Source: Octopus sinensis (Eukaryota). From it: DNA of 64,000 bases. How positions within the stretch are numbered: position 1 is the first letter of the stretch; each line of letters opens with the position of its first letter. The DNA lies in the NCBI RefSeq assembly GCF_006345805.1, contig NC_043012.1:39990001-40054000 (forward strand), read 5' to 3'. The notes under the pieces are model-generated. The model was not told where the DNA came from and did no database searches. It was given only the letters and a program-made list of their open reading frames with translations. The translations under genes were made by a program, and so were the position numbers. Below, one piece after another: positions 1-13,013 of the stretch.

Positions 1-114
1 AAACCCATGCCCACCCCCTTTTATTTTAATCCAGATCCTTCCATTATGTCTGCTCAAACACCCCGTAATGGATTCTACATCACATCATGTGACATCCTCT
101 CCTTTTTATTGTTA

Positions 115-760
115 CTGTTCCGGTGGTGGTGGTGGTGGTGGTGGTGGTGATGTGGTGCTGGTTGCAGTGGTAGTAGTAAAAGGTACGCGTGGTAGGTTGT
201 GATGGTGGTGGGGTACACGTGCTGGTATCGTTGTGGTGATGGTGGTAGTATTGTGATGTCGTTGTATTGGTAGTGGTGGTGGCGGTGGTAATGTTGATGG
301 TAGAACCACTGAGGAACGTAATGGTAGATGGTGGTAGTTAAGGGGCGGTATTAGTGTTGATGCTGGCGTTAAGGCGGTAGTCGTACTGAGTGGTTTCAGT
401 GGTGGCTTATGTGTAGGTTGTGGTGGTAGTACTGATGAGAATAGTCATAATGATGGTAACGAGGGTGGTGGTGGTGGTGGTGGTGGTGAAGTGATGATGA
501 AGCTTGTGGTAGCTATTGTAGTATTGGTAGTAGCGTTCTTAGTGGTGTTGGTATATATAGATTGCAGTTGAAGTGACAGTGGTGACACTATCGGATGTGG
601 TGGTGGTGGAGATTGTGATATCGGTGGTGTTTGTAGAGTTCGTGAAGGAAGCGGAAGTGTTGTTGATTGTGGTGGTGGCGGCGGCGGTGGTCTTGATCTT
701 ACAGTGGTTGTGGTGGTTGTGGCGGTAGTGATACAACAGCTGCAGTAACACCTGTTGACC
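115..760. repeat. Degenerate (GGT/GTG/GTA)n trinucleotide low-complexity tract
   Basis: Runs of ggt/gtg/gta triplets; these explain the poly-Pro/Thr ORFs at 112-309 and 445-771. Confidence 0.85.
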
Positions 761-939
761 AAAACAACCAATCAAATAACAGATCGGATACCTGTCCTCC
801 CCACCAGTAAAATGAACCTTCAAGATGAACCCTCCCACCACCACCACCGCCGCCGCCGCCGCCACCACCACCGCCGCCGCCGCCATACAGACAGACCGTG
901 GATTTCCATCGCTATTATTTATGATGATGTTTCGACGGT

Positions 940-1365
940 CAACAGACGGAATCGTTTGCACGGCGGACAAAATGTTCAACGGCATTTCGTCCGCCTGTAC
1001 ACTGTGTTCAAATCTCCTCGGTGTTCACGTTGCCTTTCATCCTTCGGGGAGCGATAAAGTAAGTATCGATTGAACACAGACCACCCCCTCCCCCGAAATT
1101 GCTGGCCTTGTGCCAAAAAATTTGAAGCTATTATTTATGGTGTTAAGGCTGAGAGCAGGAGGAATCGTTTGAACGCCGGACAAAATGCTAAGCGGCATTT
1201 CGTCCGTCTATATTTTCCGAGTTCAAATTCCTCCGCGGTCGACTTCGCCTTTCATTCTTTCGGGAGTCGATAAAATAAGTACCAGTCACGTACTGGGGTC
1301 GATTTAATCGACTAACCCACCTCTCCTACCAAATTTCAGATCTTGCGCCTATAGTAGATAGGATT
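940..1365 (+). mobile_element. Two tandem, diverged copies of SINE family A (tRNA-like head; gcctttcatcctttcggggtcgataaa core; ggccttgtgcc tail)
   Basis: Both copies match the repeat seen many times in the window (gaatcgtt...gttcaaat...gcctttcat...aagtacc). Confidence 0.8.
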
Positions 1366-1571
1366 GAAATGTTGATGTTGTCATTAGTGTTTTTGTTTTA
1401 GCCCCAGGTCAGTCGCTATAGGGCAGACCTACGACCAGAAGCGTTCTAGATATGACCATTCCATTTGTTACTGAAGCATGTCATTCCTTTCTTTGAAACA
1501 GAAAGATCTTATTTTGAACTCGACATGCCGAACGTTCTTGAAGAGGACCTGAATATCAGTTCAAGTAGTAC

Positions 1572-1617
<46 letters not shown>

Positions 1618-1951
1618 GCTGGCTTTGAATGGAGCTAATAAAAAAACGTATCCACATCCATTATTGAGTTTGTTCCCAACTGAATCAGTAACAATGCGTT
1701 CTCGCTCAGACCACGAGGGAGGACCCGAAATGTTAATGTGCCCACTTCTCATTGAAATTAAACGAAAGGAGCTGTTTTTGACCCCTCCCCCCTTCGTTTC
1801 CAGATTTTACTATTTGCTATAATTTATATTTATTATATATATTTCTGTGTGATCTGTTATATATAATTGTTGTGTTTTATATTATACACACACACATAAA
1901 AATATATATATGCATATATGATTTGTTATGATATTGTTTCCATATATATAT

Positions 1952-1987
<36 letters not shown>

Positions 1988-1988
<1 letters not shown>

Positions 1989-2215
1989 GGCGCAGGCGTG
2001 GTTGTGTGGTAAGAAGCTTGCTTCCCAACCACATAGTCCCGGGTTCTGTCCCACTGCGTGGCACTATTCGCAACGTGTCTTCTATTATAGCCTCGGACCA
2101 ACCAAAGCCTTGTGAGCGAATTTGGTAGATGGAAAGCGAAAGAAGCCAGTTGTATGTGTGTGCGCGCTCGCGCGCCCCTCGCACCCACCCACCAACGCTT
2201 GACAACCAGAAAATC
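1988..2215 (+). mobile_element. SINE family B (tRNA-derived, CORE-like), 3' incomplete
   Basis: Head aggcgcaggcgtggttgtgtggtaag with box A (tggttgtgtgg) and box B-like gggttctgtcc; shared body ccaaagccttgtgag...ggtagatggaa. Confidence 0.85.
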
Positions 2216-2329
2216 GGAAAATCCAGAAACCCTGACCACCTCTAGTCTCGAGGTCGCCAGATAAGAGGTTCAGTACCTGTATGTATGTATGTATGTATGT
2301 ATGTATGTATGTATGTATATATATATATA

Positions 2330-2468
2330 AAGGGAAATTTTACGAAAATAAACAAAAGACGAAGGCAGGTGGAGTACATGGCGCTCAGGAATAGAAATAG
2401 AACAAGTCTTTTACGTTTCGAGCCTACGCTCTTCGACAGAAGATACTCAGAAAGAAACAAGGAGAGAA

Positions 2469-2470
<2 letters not shown>
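2330..2470 (-). mobile_element. Short Penelope-like 3'-end fragment with a variant hammerhead-like core, flanked by (TA)n
   Basis: Minus strand reads CTGTCGA-A-GAGC-GTAG-GCTC-GAAAC-GTA; similar layout to 44036-44190; (TA)n on both sides. Confidence 0.5.
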
Positions 2471-2513
<43 letters not shown>

Positions 2514-2536
2514 ATATATATATAAAAATATACTGG

Positions 2537-2814
2537 TTTTAAATTTTGGCACAAGGCCAGCAATTCGGAGATTGGGATAAGTCGACCCCAGTACTCAACT
2601 GATATTTATTTTATCGACTTCGAAAGGGTGAAAGGCAAAGTCGACCCCGGTGGCATTTGAACTCAGAACATAAAGGCAAACGAAGTACCGTTAAGCATTT
2701 GGCCCTGCGCGGTAACGATTTTGCCAGCTCGCTGCCTTCATAAAGACGGACGCAACGCCGCTAAGTATTTTCCCCGGAGTGCTAACAGTTCTGCGCCAGC
2801 TCATCACCGCCTTG
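2537..2814 (-). mobile_element. SINE family A plus a partial duplicated head
   Basis: Reverse complement of the family A consensus (ggcacaaggcc...aaaggcaaagtcgac...gccagctcgctgcc), followed by a second 5' fragment. Confidence 0.85.
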
Positions 2815-3639
2815 TAGAAGTTAGCCTTGATATTAACTCTCACGCGACTCTGCATCTTTCTTTCTTTCTCTCCCATTCCCTTTTTCGTCTTTTTTTCCCT
2901 CACTTAACTTGTCTCTTCCTCTCTCTCTCATTCTTCATTCTCTCTCTCCCTTTCACCATTCTTCAGGGTCTCCTCGCACCATTCCCCTTCTTCTCTCTCT
3001 TCCTCTTGCTCCTCCTCCCCCATTCCCGTCATCCATCTGCGACGATACTTCCGTCGTAACTGCTATCCTGTCCTTTCTCGCCCGCCTTGTAAGGCTTCTG
3101 GTCGACAAAATTTTCCCTCTCTGTCTTCCACGATAATCCAGCGTTTGCAATACTTTTTTCGTCTGGCGTTAACAGCCCTTCTTATCTTGTTCTCCTTGTC
3201 CTGTCTCTCACTGTTATATATTTATTTTTCCACTGTTTATATATATATTTTTTACTGTTTATATGTTTGTACGTTCGTTACCGTCTTGCTTTTTTTACCC
3301 CTCTGCGAAAAGATCTCAGAATTTTAATTGATTTGCTTTTCGCGGGAAGGAATTTTTCTTCGAAGTATACGTCTCGCTTTTATCCTTCGAAACGTTTAGT
3401 AGATGAAATCTTAGCGACTGAAGAAGGGGATTTTTCGTTGTGCTTATTGTCCTGTATCTCTCCCCTTTTTTTTGCTTGTCTTGTTCCTTGGTTTGTGTCT
3501 ATGTGTTTCGTCTCTCTATGTGTTCGACGTCTTTTTGGTGTCCTGTAAACATATATGCGTGTATATGTACATGTAGAGGTAGGTACGTACATATATGTTT
3601 ATATATATGCATATATTCTATTTTATTAACATATATATA

Positions 3640-4156
3640 TATATAATAATATATAAAACTGTAGTTGTGTGAGTGTCTGTCTCCTACGATTTAGATTCCT
3701 AACTCCTCCCACATTTTGCGGTGCAGTTTACCAAATTCGGGTATCTTATAGTCGTGATTAATATCGAGCTCGTCTGAGTATTAGCGCGCGTCTACGATGA
3801 GTCTACGATTTAAAAATAATTTAACATAATTTTTTATTCCATTTTAATGCATAATTTTTCGTGTGTCGATGGCGGCGGAGTTGGCGTCCACGCTCAAACA
3901 CCTGCACCTGTTTGCTTCTCCCCCTTCTTCCCTCCCTCGTGAAGCTGTGGGGAAGGGAGTGTAAGGAAATCAACGTCGTAATGCGTTGTCAAGGAGACCA
4001 GCGTTCTTTTAGAACAACGACTTCATGGCTTGAAGACACCAAAACAGAAATGGCTAAGAAAGCCCGAATTGGCATCTATAAGGGAAGTAACTCTCTAAAA
4101 ATGCTTATATAGTTATTTCCCTTACAAACCCGAGCAACGCCGGGCGATACTGCTAG
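3640..4156 (+). mobile_element. Non-autonomous Helitron inserted in (TA)n
   Basis: 3' end has hairpin CCCG-A-GC-AAC-GC-CGGG (4129-4144) then CTAG (4153-4156) followed by T, the canonical Helitron terminus; 5' end tatataaaactgtagttgtg merges with (TA)n. Confidence 0.7.
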
Positions 4157-6703
4157 TATATATATATATATATATATTAATATATATATATATATAACAT
4201 ATATTAATATGCTTTTGTTGTGATATGAGACGATATATGATATGATATATAACTGTGCCGTATGCATTCAACAAATATTAGGATTCTGTTCTTAAATCGC
4301 GTCCCTTTATGCTTTGCCTTGTTTATCCATTCTCGAAAGTAAACCCAATCTCTGCCAAAAGAGTTCACTGCACTATATATTGAATTTAATGTATGCATTT
4401 AAGAGAGCAATTATATCTGCTGCACTTCCTGCAAATAGCTATCCAGCTTTTCTGTTCTCCCTCCTCTCTTCCACCTCGTTAGAATACAAGTAAATTGATA
4501 GGAAGTGGTGGTGGTGGTGGTGGTGGGAGGATTGGAAGGGGAAAATAAGATGGAAGAAAGGAACAGAAGAGTGAAGATACACAACGTTCGACTGTCATAG
4601 AAATTCATACTTTTTGGATCTTTTATCACGATAATTGCTGTATTTACATAAATTAAATTTGAGTAAACAGAAAAATAAGAGAAAAATAACAGAAAAAAAA
4701 AAATATATATATATATATGTAAAGAGACAATAAAAAATAAAAAGGCAATCGGCACCCCTCCCCAGCTCCCCTTCCCCCCTGCCGCTGCCTTTCAGCCGCC
4801 ACATGATGAAGTAATAGCGCAATGAAATTAATTTTAAATGCATTATTCATTTATTTAATATCTCTTCATTACATTTGCTGACATTTCACAGATTCTAATT
4901 TCATAAAAATGATGTAAGGAAGACATTATTTAAAAGAACAACACCAATAACAACAATAACAACAATAACATTGTGTTTCTACTTGTTGGGTTTTGTTGTT
5001 CCATTGTGACGAATAAACAACTAATTGTGATTTTCCTGTTTATTCTACACCAATTTTATAATATTACACTGGCTGTGAATACTCGGAGTATTGATCCAAA
5101 GACAGCGACAGTCTATATATATAGGCTCCTGATCTGCTAAACCACATTCAAATCTTTAGTAAAGAATGAAGTAAGATATTCATAATCATCTGGTCGAGCT
5201 GGCTCTAATGTTTTTAACTCGCACACGCCTTCCTTACAGTCTTGCATTTTAGCTGAGGGAGGTCTTCGGGGAGGCATCCTGTGTCAACGTAAGTGGTGTT
5301 CGGACGACCTGATCGAACACGGCCATGTTTTCGTATCCATAGCTGTAAGTCACATGGCAGCACTTGTTTATCTCGCACAAGCGTCTTTCCCTTAAGATGT
5401 TAGAAACAGGCAGGAGAGGTCCTTACAGCTGTTTCTTGGTGGGATGTCTTCTCCAAGATATGTTTAAGACTGCTCTTAACATTTGGGTGTATGTTCCACC
5501 TAGCTTGAATCCCAGTTTCCCTTGGTAAGCGTCAAGGCTATAGCTCTGCTGTTGCATGAAATAAATTCAAACAACGTCCAGTTTGCTTTGGGCTAACCAT
5601 GCTTTGAAAGCACACATTAGATGAAATACGCTATGAATAAAAGATGGGATGGACACAAGTGGAACGCTTTAAGTCATAGTTCTTGCAATCAGGCCTGACC
5701 TAAAACTAAACAACGACAATGGCTGGAAAGACGACAGGATGGTCACGGCTTAAAAGCTTTAAATCACAGGCCTGACCTGGGGTGAAACAATAACAGCAAT
5801 GAAGGATATATTGGATAATGAGTGGAAAAACAACAGGATGGTCAGAATTGGAACGGTTTCGATCAAATGTTTATTCTGTCAGAACCAACAACAATCACTA
5901 CATGAATTAATGAAGGAACCACAATGAAGTCAAACAAAAACAGTAGCCAGATCCCCCTCAATACACAGACCCATCTTTGCTATCTGCAAACTAAAGGGTG
6001 AATAAAGAGGGTAATGTAGCTTTGATACACTGTTTTGAATGATAGTCATGGCTGGGACGTCTTTGGTCATAGACCTTGTGACCTAGGGCTAAGCTTGTGT
6101 AGACACTCAACATAATGTAATTTTAGGTCAAATATTTTAACTGAGTACTTGTGATTGGAATGTTTTTTACTTGAGGCTGTGTCCCCTAATTTTTCCATTT
6201 TATACTGGACTCCGTTCCTCAGAATTAACTGATCACGTGTCACTTTCTCAAATCCACGCGATTCATTTGCCTTTCCGCATTTCATGACCTGTACTGTGCC
6301 GCCGCTCGCCACCCGACCTTCCACTCTCACGACTTCTACCCAATCCTTCCTCCCTAAAACATTATTTCACTAGAATTCCTTTCCTGCTCATGTTTTTTAA
6401 CGCCTATACAACTCTCGTCGAGCAGACTTTTGATCAAAGACTTCCATCCATGGCCACCCCGTCTATTTTTGCGGACGTAGCCTACTTGAACATAGTCTCT
6501 CTTTAATTTCGAACGTTTGAGATGTGATTTAGAGGACATTTCATTGCTATTTCTAGGATATACAATAATCATTGCGTTGATTCGGCCCTGCTTACGTTTA
6601 GAGATAAAAAAAAAACTGGAGCAAAGATTATTTGCTAACATAACATGGCAGTCCTGGTTTAGGACGAATGTTGCAGTAATTTAACCCCAGGAGACATCGT
6701 CTT

Positions 6704-6788
6704 CAGCTGGCTATACGACACGATCTGTGTCCTTATATATAAAAAATATACATGTTTAAGGACACAGATCGTGTTGTATAGCCAGCTG
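6704..6788. repeat. Inverted repeat: 32-bp arms, 1 mismatch, 21-nt spacer (probable MITE core)
   Basis: cagctggctatacgacacgatctgtgtcctta (6704-6735) and taaggacacagatcgtgttgtatagccagctg (6757-6788). Confidence 0.9.
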
Positions 6789-7040
6789 TCGTATAGACAT
6801 TTACATAACATTCAATGCCAAAGTTAGGTACTAGCCCTTTTCCATATGTATATTATAGCATATCTCTCGCACCTTCGCTTCAGGGAGTCAAGCTGTAGTT
6901 TTCTCAGCCTATCCCTGTAGCTCATCCGCTGCATTGTTTCAATCTTTATAATATATAGATTCAGTAACTTGCTAGTCACCTTATAATTACCTTATTAATA
7001 ATTCTTCTTTATTTATAGATAGATAGATACATACATACAT

Positions 7041-7207
7041 ACGACGGGTTTCTTTCGGTTTCCGTCAACCAAATCCACTAACAAGGCTTTGGCCGGCCCG
7101 AGGCTATTGCAGAAGACACTTGTCCCCAAAGTGCTACGCAGTTGAATTGAACCTGTAACGACATGCTTGAGAAGCAAACTTCTTACTACGCAAACCACGC
7201 CTGTGCC
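7041..7207 (-). mobile_element. SINE family B
   Basis: Reverse complement of the family B head and CORE-like body (ggcacaggcgtgg...agcactttggggacaagtgtctt). Confidence 0.85.
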
Positions 7208-8345
7208 AGGAATGTACATGTCTCGATATTGGCATGTTTATGAGCATGTGTTTTATGAAATAGGTAGAGATTCTGTCAGACCAATTTTCTCACTTTGCAT
7301 TCCTTTTTACACTGGACTCACACTAAAGATCACAAGAGTTAACAGCTGAGCGAAGCTTCGTGTGCCACTAAATTAATAAATAACCATTCCAATATGTACT
7401 CAGAGACTCTCTGCGTCTCTTTTACTCATTACACACTTCAACACTTCACTTCCGCCCACTTGTCTTTCATTTCTCCTTTTCTTGACATTATACCGCTTAT
7501 TCGCATTCTCGTCTATTATACTTTTTTCTTTGTTCTTTATATACGCATATGCTTTACTGTGAGTGTGTATAAACATATATATATACGTATGTGTGGTGTG
7601 TGTGTGTATACATGTATGTTTTTTGTTTATGGAGATATATATAAATATATATATATGTATATGTATCTATATATATATACGTATGTATATATAATATGTG
7701 TGTGTGTATGTGTATACACGTATCTACATATATGTAGACATATATGCATGTAAATATATATACACACACATATGCATATGTATCATATATATATATGTAT
7801 ATATATATGGTTATACATACACGTGTATGTATAATCACCACATAAACACGCAAACTTTGTGCCGTCGGGTACTTTCGTGGGGTGGGGTGAGGTTGGACGG
7901 TTTTCTTTTTCGATTCTCTTATTCGAATTTCTCTTTGATGCCTAAATATTTGATGAAGTTATTGTTTGGAATTGTATCACGCATAGGAAACAAGCTCAAA
8001 AGAAATCTTTGAGTGACTTTCTCAATGAAAGGTTATTTTTATAAATGATCTTTCTTTCTTTCTTTTTCTCTTGTTTAAGGTTTTAAGGTACTTTTTTCTT
8101 GAAGAATTAGCAGAAAAAAGGAAAACCTGGAGCATATATATTAAATATGACGGTTAACTTTTCTGTTGTTCTTCTCTTTCTGTGTTTTCTCTCGCTTTTT
8201 TAATTTTTCGCTGTTTGTTTATTTTATTTATTTCATGAATTGGCAGCAAAAAAAAGAATGGTAAATATGTAACTGAAACGAATACGAAATTTTGCTTTCT
8301 AAAATTTTTCTTTCTAAACTTTTGCTTTCTATTTGTTTTTCATAG

Positions 8346-8478
8346 GGATTCTTCGCACGAGTCTTGCCTGCAATCAAATGAGACTTTTTACATGTATGCA
8401 ACCTGTTAAAAAATTTGGAGATATGACACGTGGATTGTCCGGAGTTTTTAATCCGGAACAAATAAAAAGCTTCTGTTC
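8346..8478 (+). CDS. Candidate internal coding exon (phase 1 to phase 2) of an unidentified Cys-containing, possibly secreted protein
   Basis: Long pyrimidine tract ending ttttcatag| and consensus donor TC|gtaagt; exactly one frame is open: (x)ILRTSLACNQMRLFTCMQPVKKFGDMTRGLSGVFNPEQIKSFC(S); unique, non-repetitive sequence. Confidence 0.55.
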
Positions 8479-9684
8479 GTAAGTAAACATTCATCCAAAA
8501 GATAATATATCATTTTATATTTTGTTGCCATTTTATTTAACTCAACAAGAAAAAATATATATAATTACAAAATATATTTAGAAAACGTTATCATATATAT
8601 ATAATATATATTTTTTTTTTTGCTAACATAGCTGTAATATATGGACTATATTTCTTTTTTCAATTCTTTGTCTACAGTTATCTTTAATGACAATAAAACT
8701 AATTATCTAAAAAGAAAAGGGACTGACTTTAACATTTTAAAACTCTATTGAAATTAATTAAAAACACAACACAAACCAACCTAACTCCCTCCGGTGCTTC
8801 TGAACAACATCTTTCGGTCCTGGTCGAGCTTTTTACACTAAATTATAATTATTATTTTACTATAATTTAAATTGCATTATTTCATTTTTTGGCAAATTTT
8901 TTTATCTCTTGTTTCTAGAATTTTGTTGTTGTTATTGTTGTTAGTAATAGTATTTCTTTGTTTCAATATTATTGTGGCTGCACTCGTGTAGTATGTGTTT
9001 TTTTGTGTTTTTTTTTGTTAATTTTGTAGTTTTTGACTATTTTGTTTCTATATTTTGGTATGTAAATCTTCATATTCTCCACCCCGACGACAACCTTAAC
9101 CACCACCACATACATCCTATTAAACAATTAATTATGGTTAATAATGTTTTTTATAGAAAAACTGTAAAATCACAAACTCAAATTTATGGAGAATGGAAAT
9201 GTTTCAGAACTCAAGATTTTCAGTTTGTTTTGTTAAATATTTTGTGTGCGATTTTTACGTTTATTTATTTATTTACATTACTTTATTCTTATTTATTATT
9301 GTTTTATTGTTGTCTGTTTGCCATATTCTTTGCCTTCTTGTATTCCTTATTTATTTGGCTTCAATTTCAAGAGGTTCTGCATGAAACGCTTTATCAATTA
9401 GACCAAACAATCCGACACAGAATTTAGTAACGCTGCCAAAAATTCATGTATTTGTATGCGTATGTGTATATATGCATATGTATGTATGTAAGTATGTATG
9501 TATGTATGTATTATATTTGTATGTATGTATGTATGTATGTATAAGTAATATATAATTAATATAGATATAATTTTCCATTTAATTAATTCTTTAAGCAGTC
9601 TGTCATGTTTGTGATATTAATGGTGATGGCTCTCGCATTTCTTTCACTAATGGAATTATTATTAGTAGTATTATTATTATTATC

Positions 9685-9897
9685 AAAGTGGAGAGCTTGC
9701 AGAATCGTTAGCGCATCGGGCAAAATGTTTAGCGGCATTTCGTCCGTCTTTACGTTCTGAGTTCAAATTCCGCTGAGGTCGACTTTCTCTTCATCCTTTT
9801 GGGGTCGACAAATTAAGTACCAGTGATACACTGGAGTCAATGTAATCGACTAGTCTCCTGCTCAAAAGTCTCAGGCTTTGTATTTTCAGTAGAAAGG
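9685..9897 (+). mobile_element. SINE family A, with (ATT)n on both sides
   Basis: Full-length match to the family consensus; ATT repeats before and after. Confidence 0.9.
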
Positions 9898-9929
<32 letters not shown>

Positions 9930-9937
<8 letters not shown>

Positions 9938-10340
9938 GTTCAGTTCCATTGCGTAGCATCGTGAGCAAGTATCCTCCATAGCCAGAATCTTGTGAGCAAA
10001 TATCTTCTATAGCCATAATCTTGGGAATAAATTTGGTAGATGGAAACTGGAAGAAGCCCGTCGTGTGTATATATGTGTGTGTGTGCGCGCGCGCGTATGT
10101 TTGTGTGGTGTATACGTGTATGTCCTTGTGTCTATGTTTGTCCCCCCCCCCACACACACACTGCTTGAGAATCGGTGTTGGCGTGCTTACGTTCCCGTAA
10201 ATTAGCGGTTCGGCAAAAGAGACCGATAGAATAAGTCCCAAATTTTAAAAAAATAAAGCCCTGGCATCGATTTGTTTCGACCAAAATTCTTCAAAGCTGT
10301 TTCAGTCGAATGGCTGAGACAAGTAAAAGGTAAATGGTTA
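9930..10340 (+). mobile_element. SINE family B, 5' degraded, with 3' part
   Basis: ggtagatggaaactggaagaagcccgtcg...(tg)n...cggttcggcaaaagagaccgatagaataag. Confidence 0.75.
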
Positions 10341-10399
10341 CTAGACATGCGTGTATAAATATACCAATATCTATCTATCAGTCCATGTGTGTGTATCTG

Positions 10400-10411
10400 T
10401 ATGTATGTGTG

Positions 10412-10462
<51 letters not shown>

Positions 10463-10555
10463 ATGTATATATGTATATATATGTATGTATATATGTATAT
10501 GTATGTATATATATGTATATGTATGTATATATATGTATATGTATGTATATATATG

Positions 10556-10590
<35 letters not shown>

Positions 10591-11100
10591 GTATATGTAT
10601 GTATATATATGTATATATATGTATGTATATATGTATATGTATGTATGTATATATGTATATATATGTATGTATATATGTATATGTATGTATGTATATATGT
10701 ATATGTATATGTATGTATGTATATATGTATATGTATGTATGTATATATGTATATGTATGTATGTATATGTATGTATATATGTATATGTATGTATATATGT
10801 ATATGTATGTATATATGTATATGTATGTATGTATATATGTATATGTATGTATGTATGTATGTATATGTATGTATATATGTATGTATATATGTATATGTAT
10901 GTATATATGTATATGTATGTATGTATATGTATGTATGTATGTATGTATATGCATGTAAGTATATATATGTATATGCATGTAAGTATATATATGTATGCAT
11001 GTATCTATATATATGTATCTATATGTATATACATATATATACATATGTATGTGTATATATATGTATGTATGTATGTATATATACATGTTTATATATGCAT
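10400..11100. repeat. ~700-bp compound (TA)/(TATG)/(TATATG) microsatellite
   Basis: Read directly; source of the 200-330 aa Y/I/H/M/V/C ORFs. Confidence 0.95.
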
Positions 11101-12788
11101 GTGCGCGCACGCGCGTGTGTGAGTAAATTATGTATATGCGCCCATCAATATATCTATATATGTAAATGTATATACGTACGTATATATACATATGTATGTG
11201 TATGTATATTTGTATATAGGAATGTGTGTGTATTTGTATATAGGAATGTGTGTATATTTGTTTCTAGGTCTGTGTGTATATTTGTTTACAGGTATGTGTG
11301 TTTAAGTGTGTATGTACACGTATGTTCAGTTCTGTATTATTGAATTTCAAAACGGTCAGGTGTAAGTCTCAGTGATGTGAGTCAATGATCGTATCGATAA
11401 AACCAAGAATGAACTTTGTAACTGTTCACTAATGAAATTCTTGAAGAAAAAAAGACCAGGTTAACCCTTAAAACGAAAACAGTCACTGACTAGAAGCTAA
11501 ATATTTACTAGTTTGTAAAATGAAAGGCTCAACATTTTTCTCCGTACAAATTTAATTTCATAGGTTCGTCCCTGGAGTTTTAAAACGTATCCCAACCCCA
11601 GATTAGATATTACATCATCGGTTTGCTTACCTGAGGAATATTTTGTTTGAGTATAACGATGTGCGACGAAAGAGAAAATTTAAAATTATGTGAGGAAGAA
11701 GAAAGATTGAGATTGAAGATGTGTAAGAGAGAGAGGTGGAGGATGAACTCTTCCCCCATCCACCCCACCCCCATACGATATCTGTGCCCGAGTGTCAATG
11801 CAAGATATCATTATCGATAAAGTGGTGTCTTACTGACTCTTCTCGGGGTTATTATGAAAATAACCAATCAATCGATATATTGGTTTATCATACAGAATTA
11901 AAATAGATATCGAACATGTTTTAAATAGCAAAAATGTCAGAAAAATAGATTATAAAATTGCTAATATTGAAAATTAGATGTAAATCAATTCTCCAAGAGA
12001 TTGCTTACAGAGAAAAAAAATATAAATATAATTTTAAAAATTATCCGACATAAAAATACATATTCATATATCTTAAAAAAGTGAAAAAACTGTAGCTATA
12101 GTTTGTACTGACAAATAGATACACAATGGCCAAAATAATAGAGAGATGTAAAACAACTGTCAAAATAGTTTATATAGACAAATGGATATATATATATTAC
12201 AATGGCCAAGATAAAAGAGAAGATATAGCGATGTGAAATATGCATGGAACTGTCATTAAACAGATGGGGGAACGACAAAACAGCCGTGAAACAGATGTAA
12301 AACAGACACTAAACAGATGTCAAACGTGACTAAAAAAGAATTTTTCGTTGAAATATTGATTGAAAATTATTGTGAATAGGGTTAAAATGTCAAAATGGAG
12401 AATATGTGGTGAAAAAAAGAATCAGTATTTTTAGAAAAAACAACGAAATTATAAAAACTATATTTTTAAAACCTGTAAAAAGTTGTAAAAATGACATAAA
12501 ACCGCTTTCCATGCAGTCAACACGGATATTTACTTCTTTTTTTTATCATACTGATATGTTAGCTTTTACTTCGATACTAACATATATTTTTACATTTTAT
12601 TGTAGCTTTTGGTATTGTATTTTTTTAAATTGTTTTTATCAATTTTTAAACATTTTTTTTAGAATGTTCTAGATTAAATTTATTTTATATACTATTTTAC
12701 ATATTTGACAACATTTCACCTGAAAGTAGTCAAATACTTGTACATTCACTTTTGTCACACAAGAGAGATGAATAGACAACAGTTTATT

Positions 12789-12822
<34 letters not shown>

Positions 12823-13013
12823 GTGTAGGTAGTTCGGGTCCATTCCAGCTGTTTCCTCTTGAAGCACATCTGCTTATTCTATTATTACAATTCAGTATGT
12901 GGTATCAGTTGGTGTTGTATGTTAGTTCAAATACAAATTGAAATTGAGAATCATGAAAATATTGTTCGCAGAGTTATTGTATAGTAAAACAGGAAATTGG
13001 GAATTTGTGGGTT

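Noticed and set aside
112-985. Pro/Thr/His-rich extensin- or mucin-like ORFs
   Set aside because: Products of the (GGT)n tract; no splice or domain support.
10202-11343. Long ORFs of 189-330 aa (also similar ones at 20990-21601, 34075-36616 and 50494-51069)
   Set aside because: They are translations of (TA)/(TATG)/(CA) microsatellites, which lack stops in several frames; no protein-like complexity.
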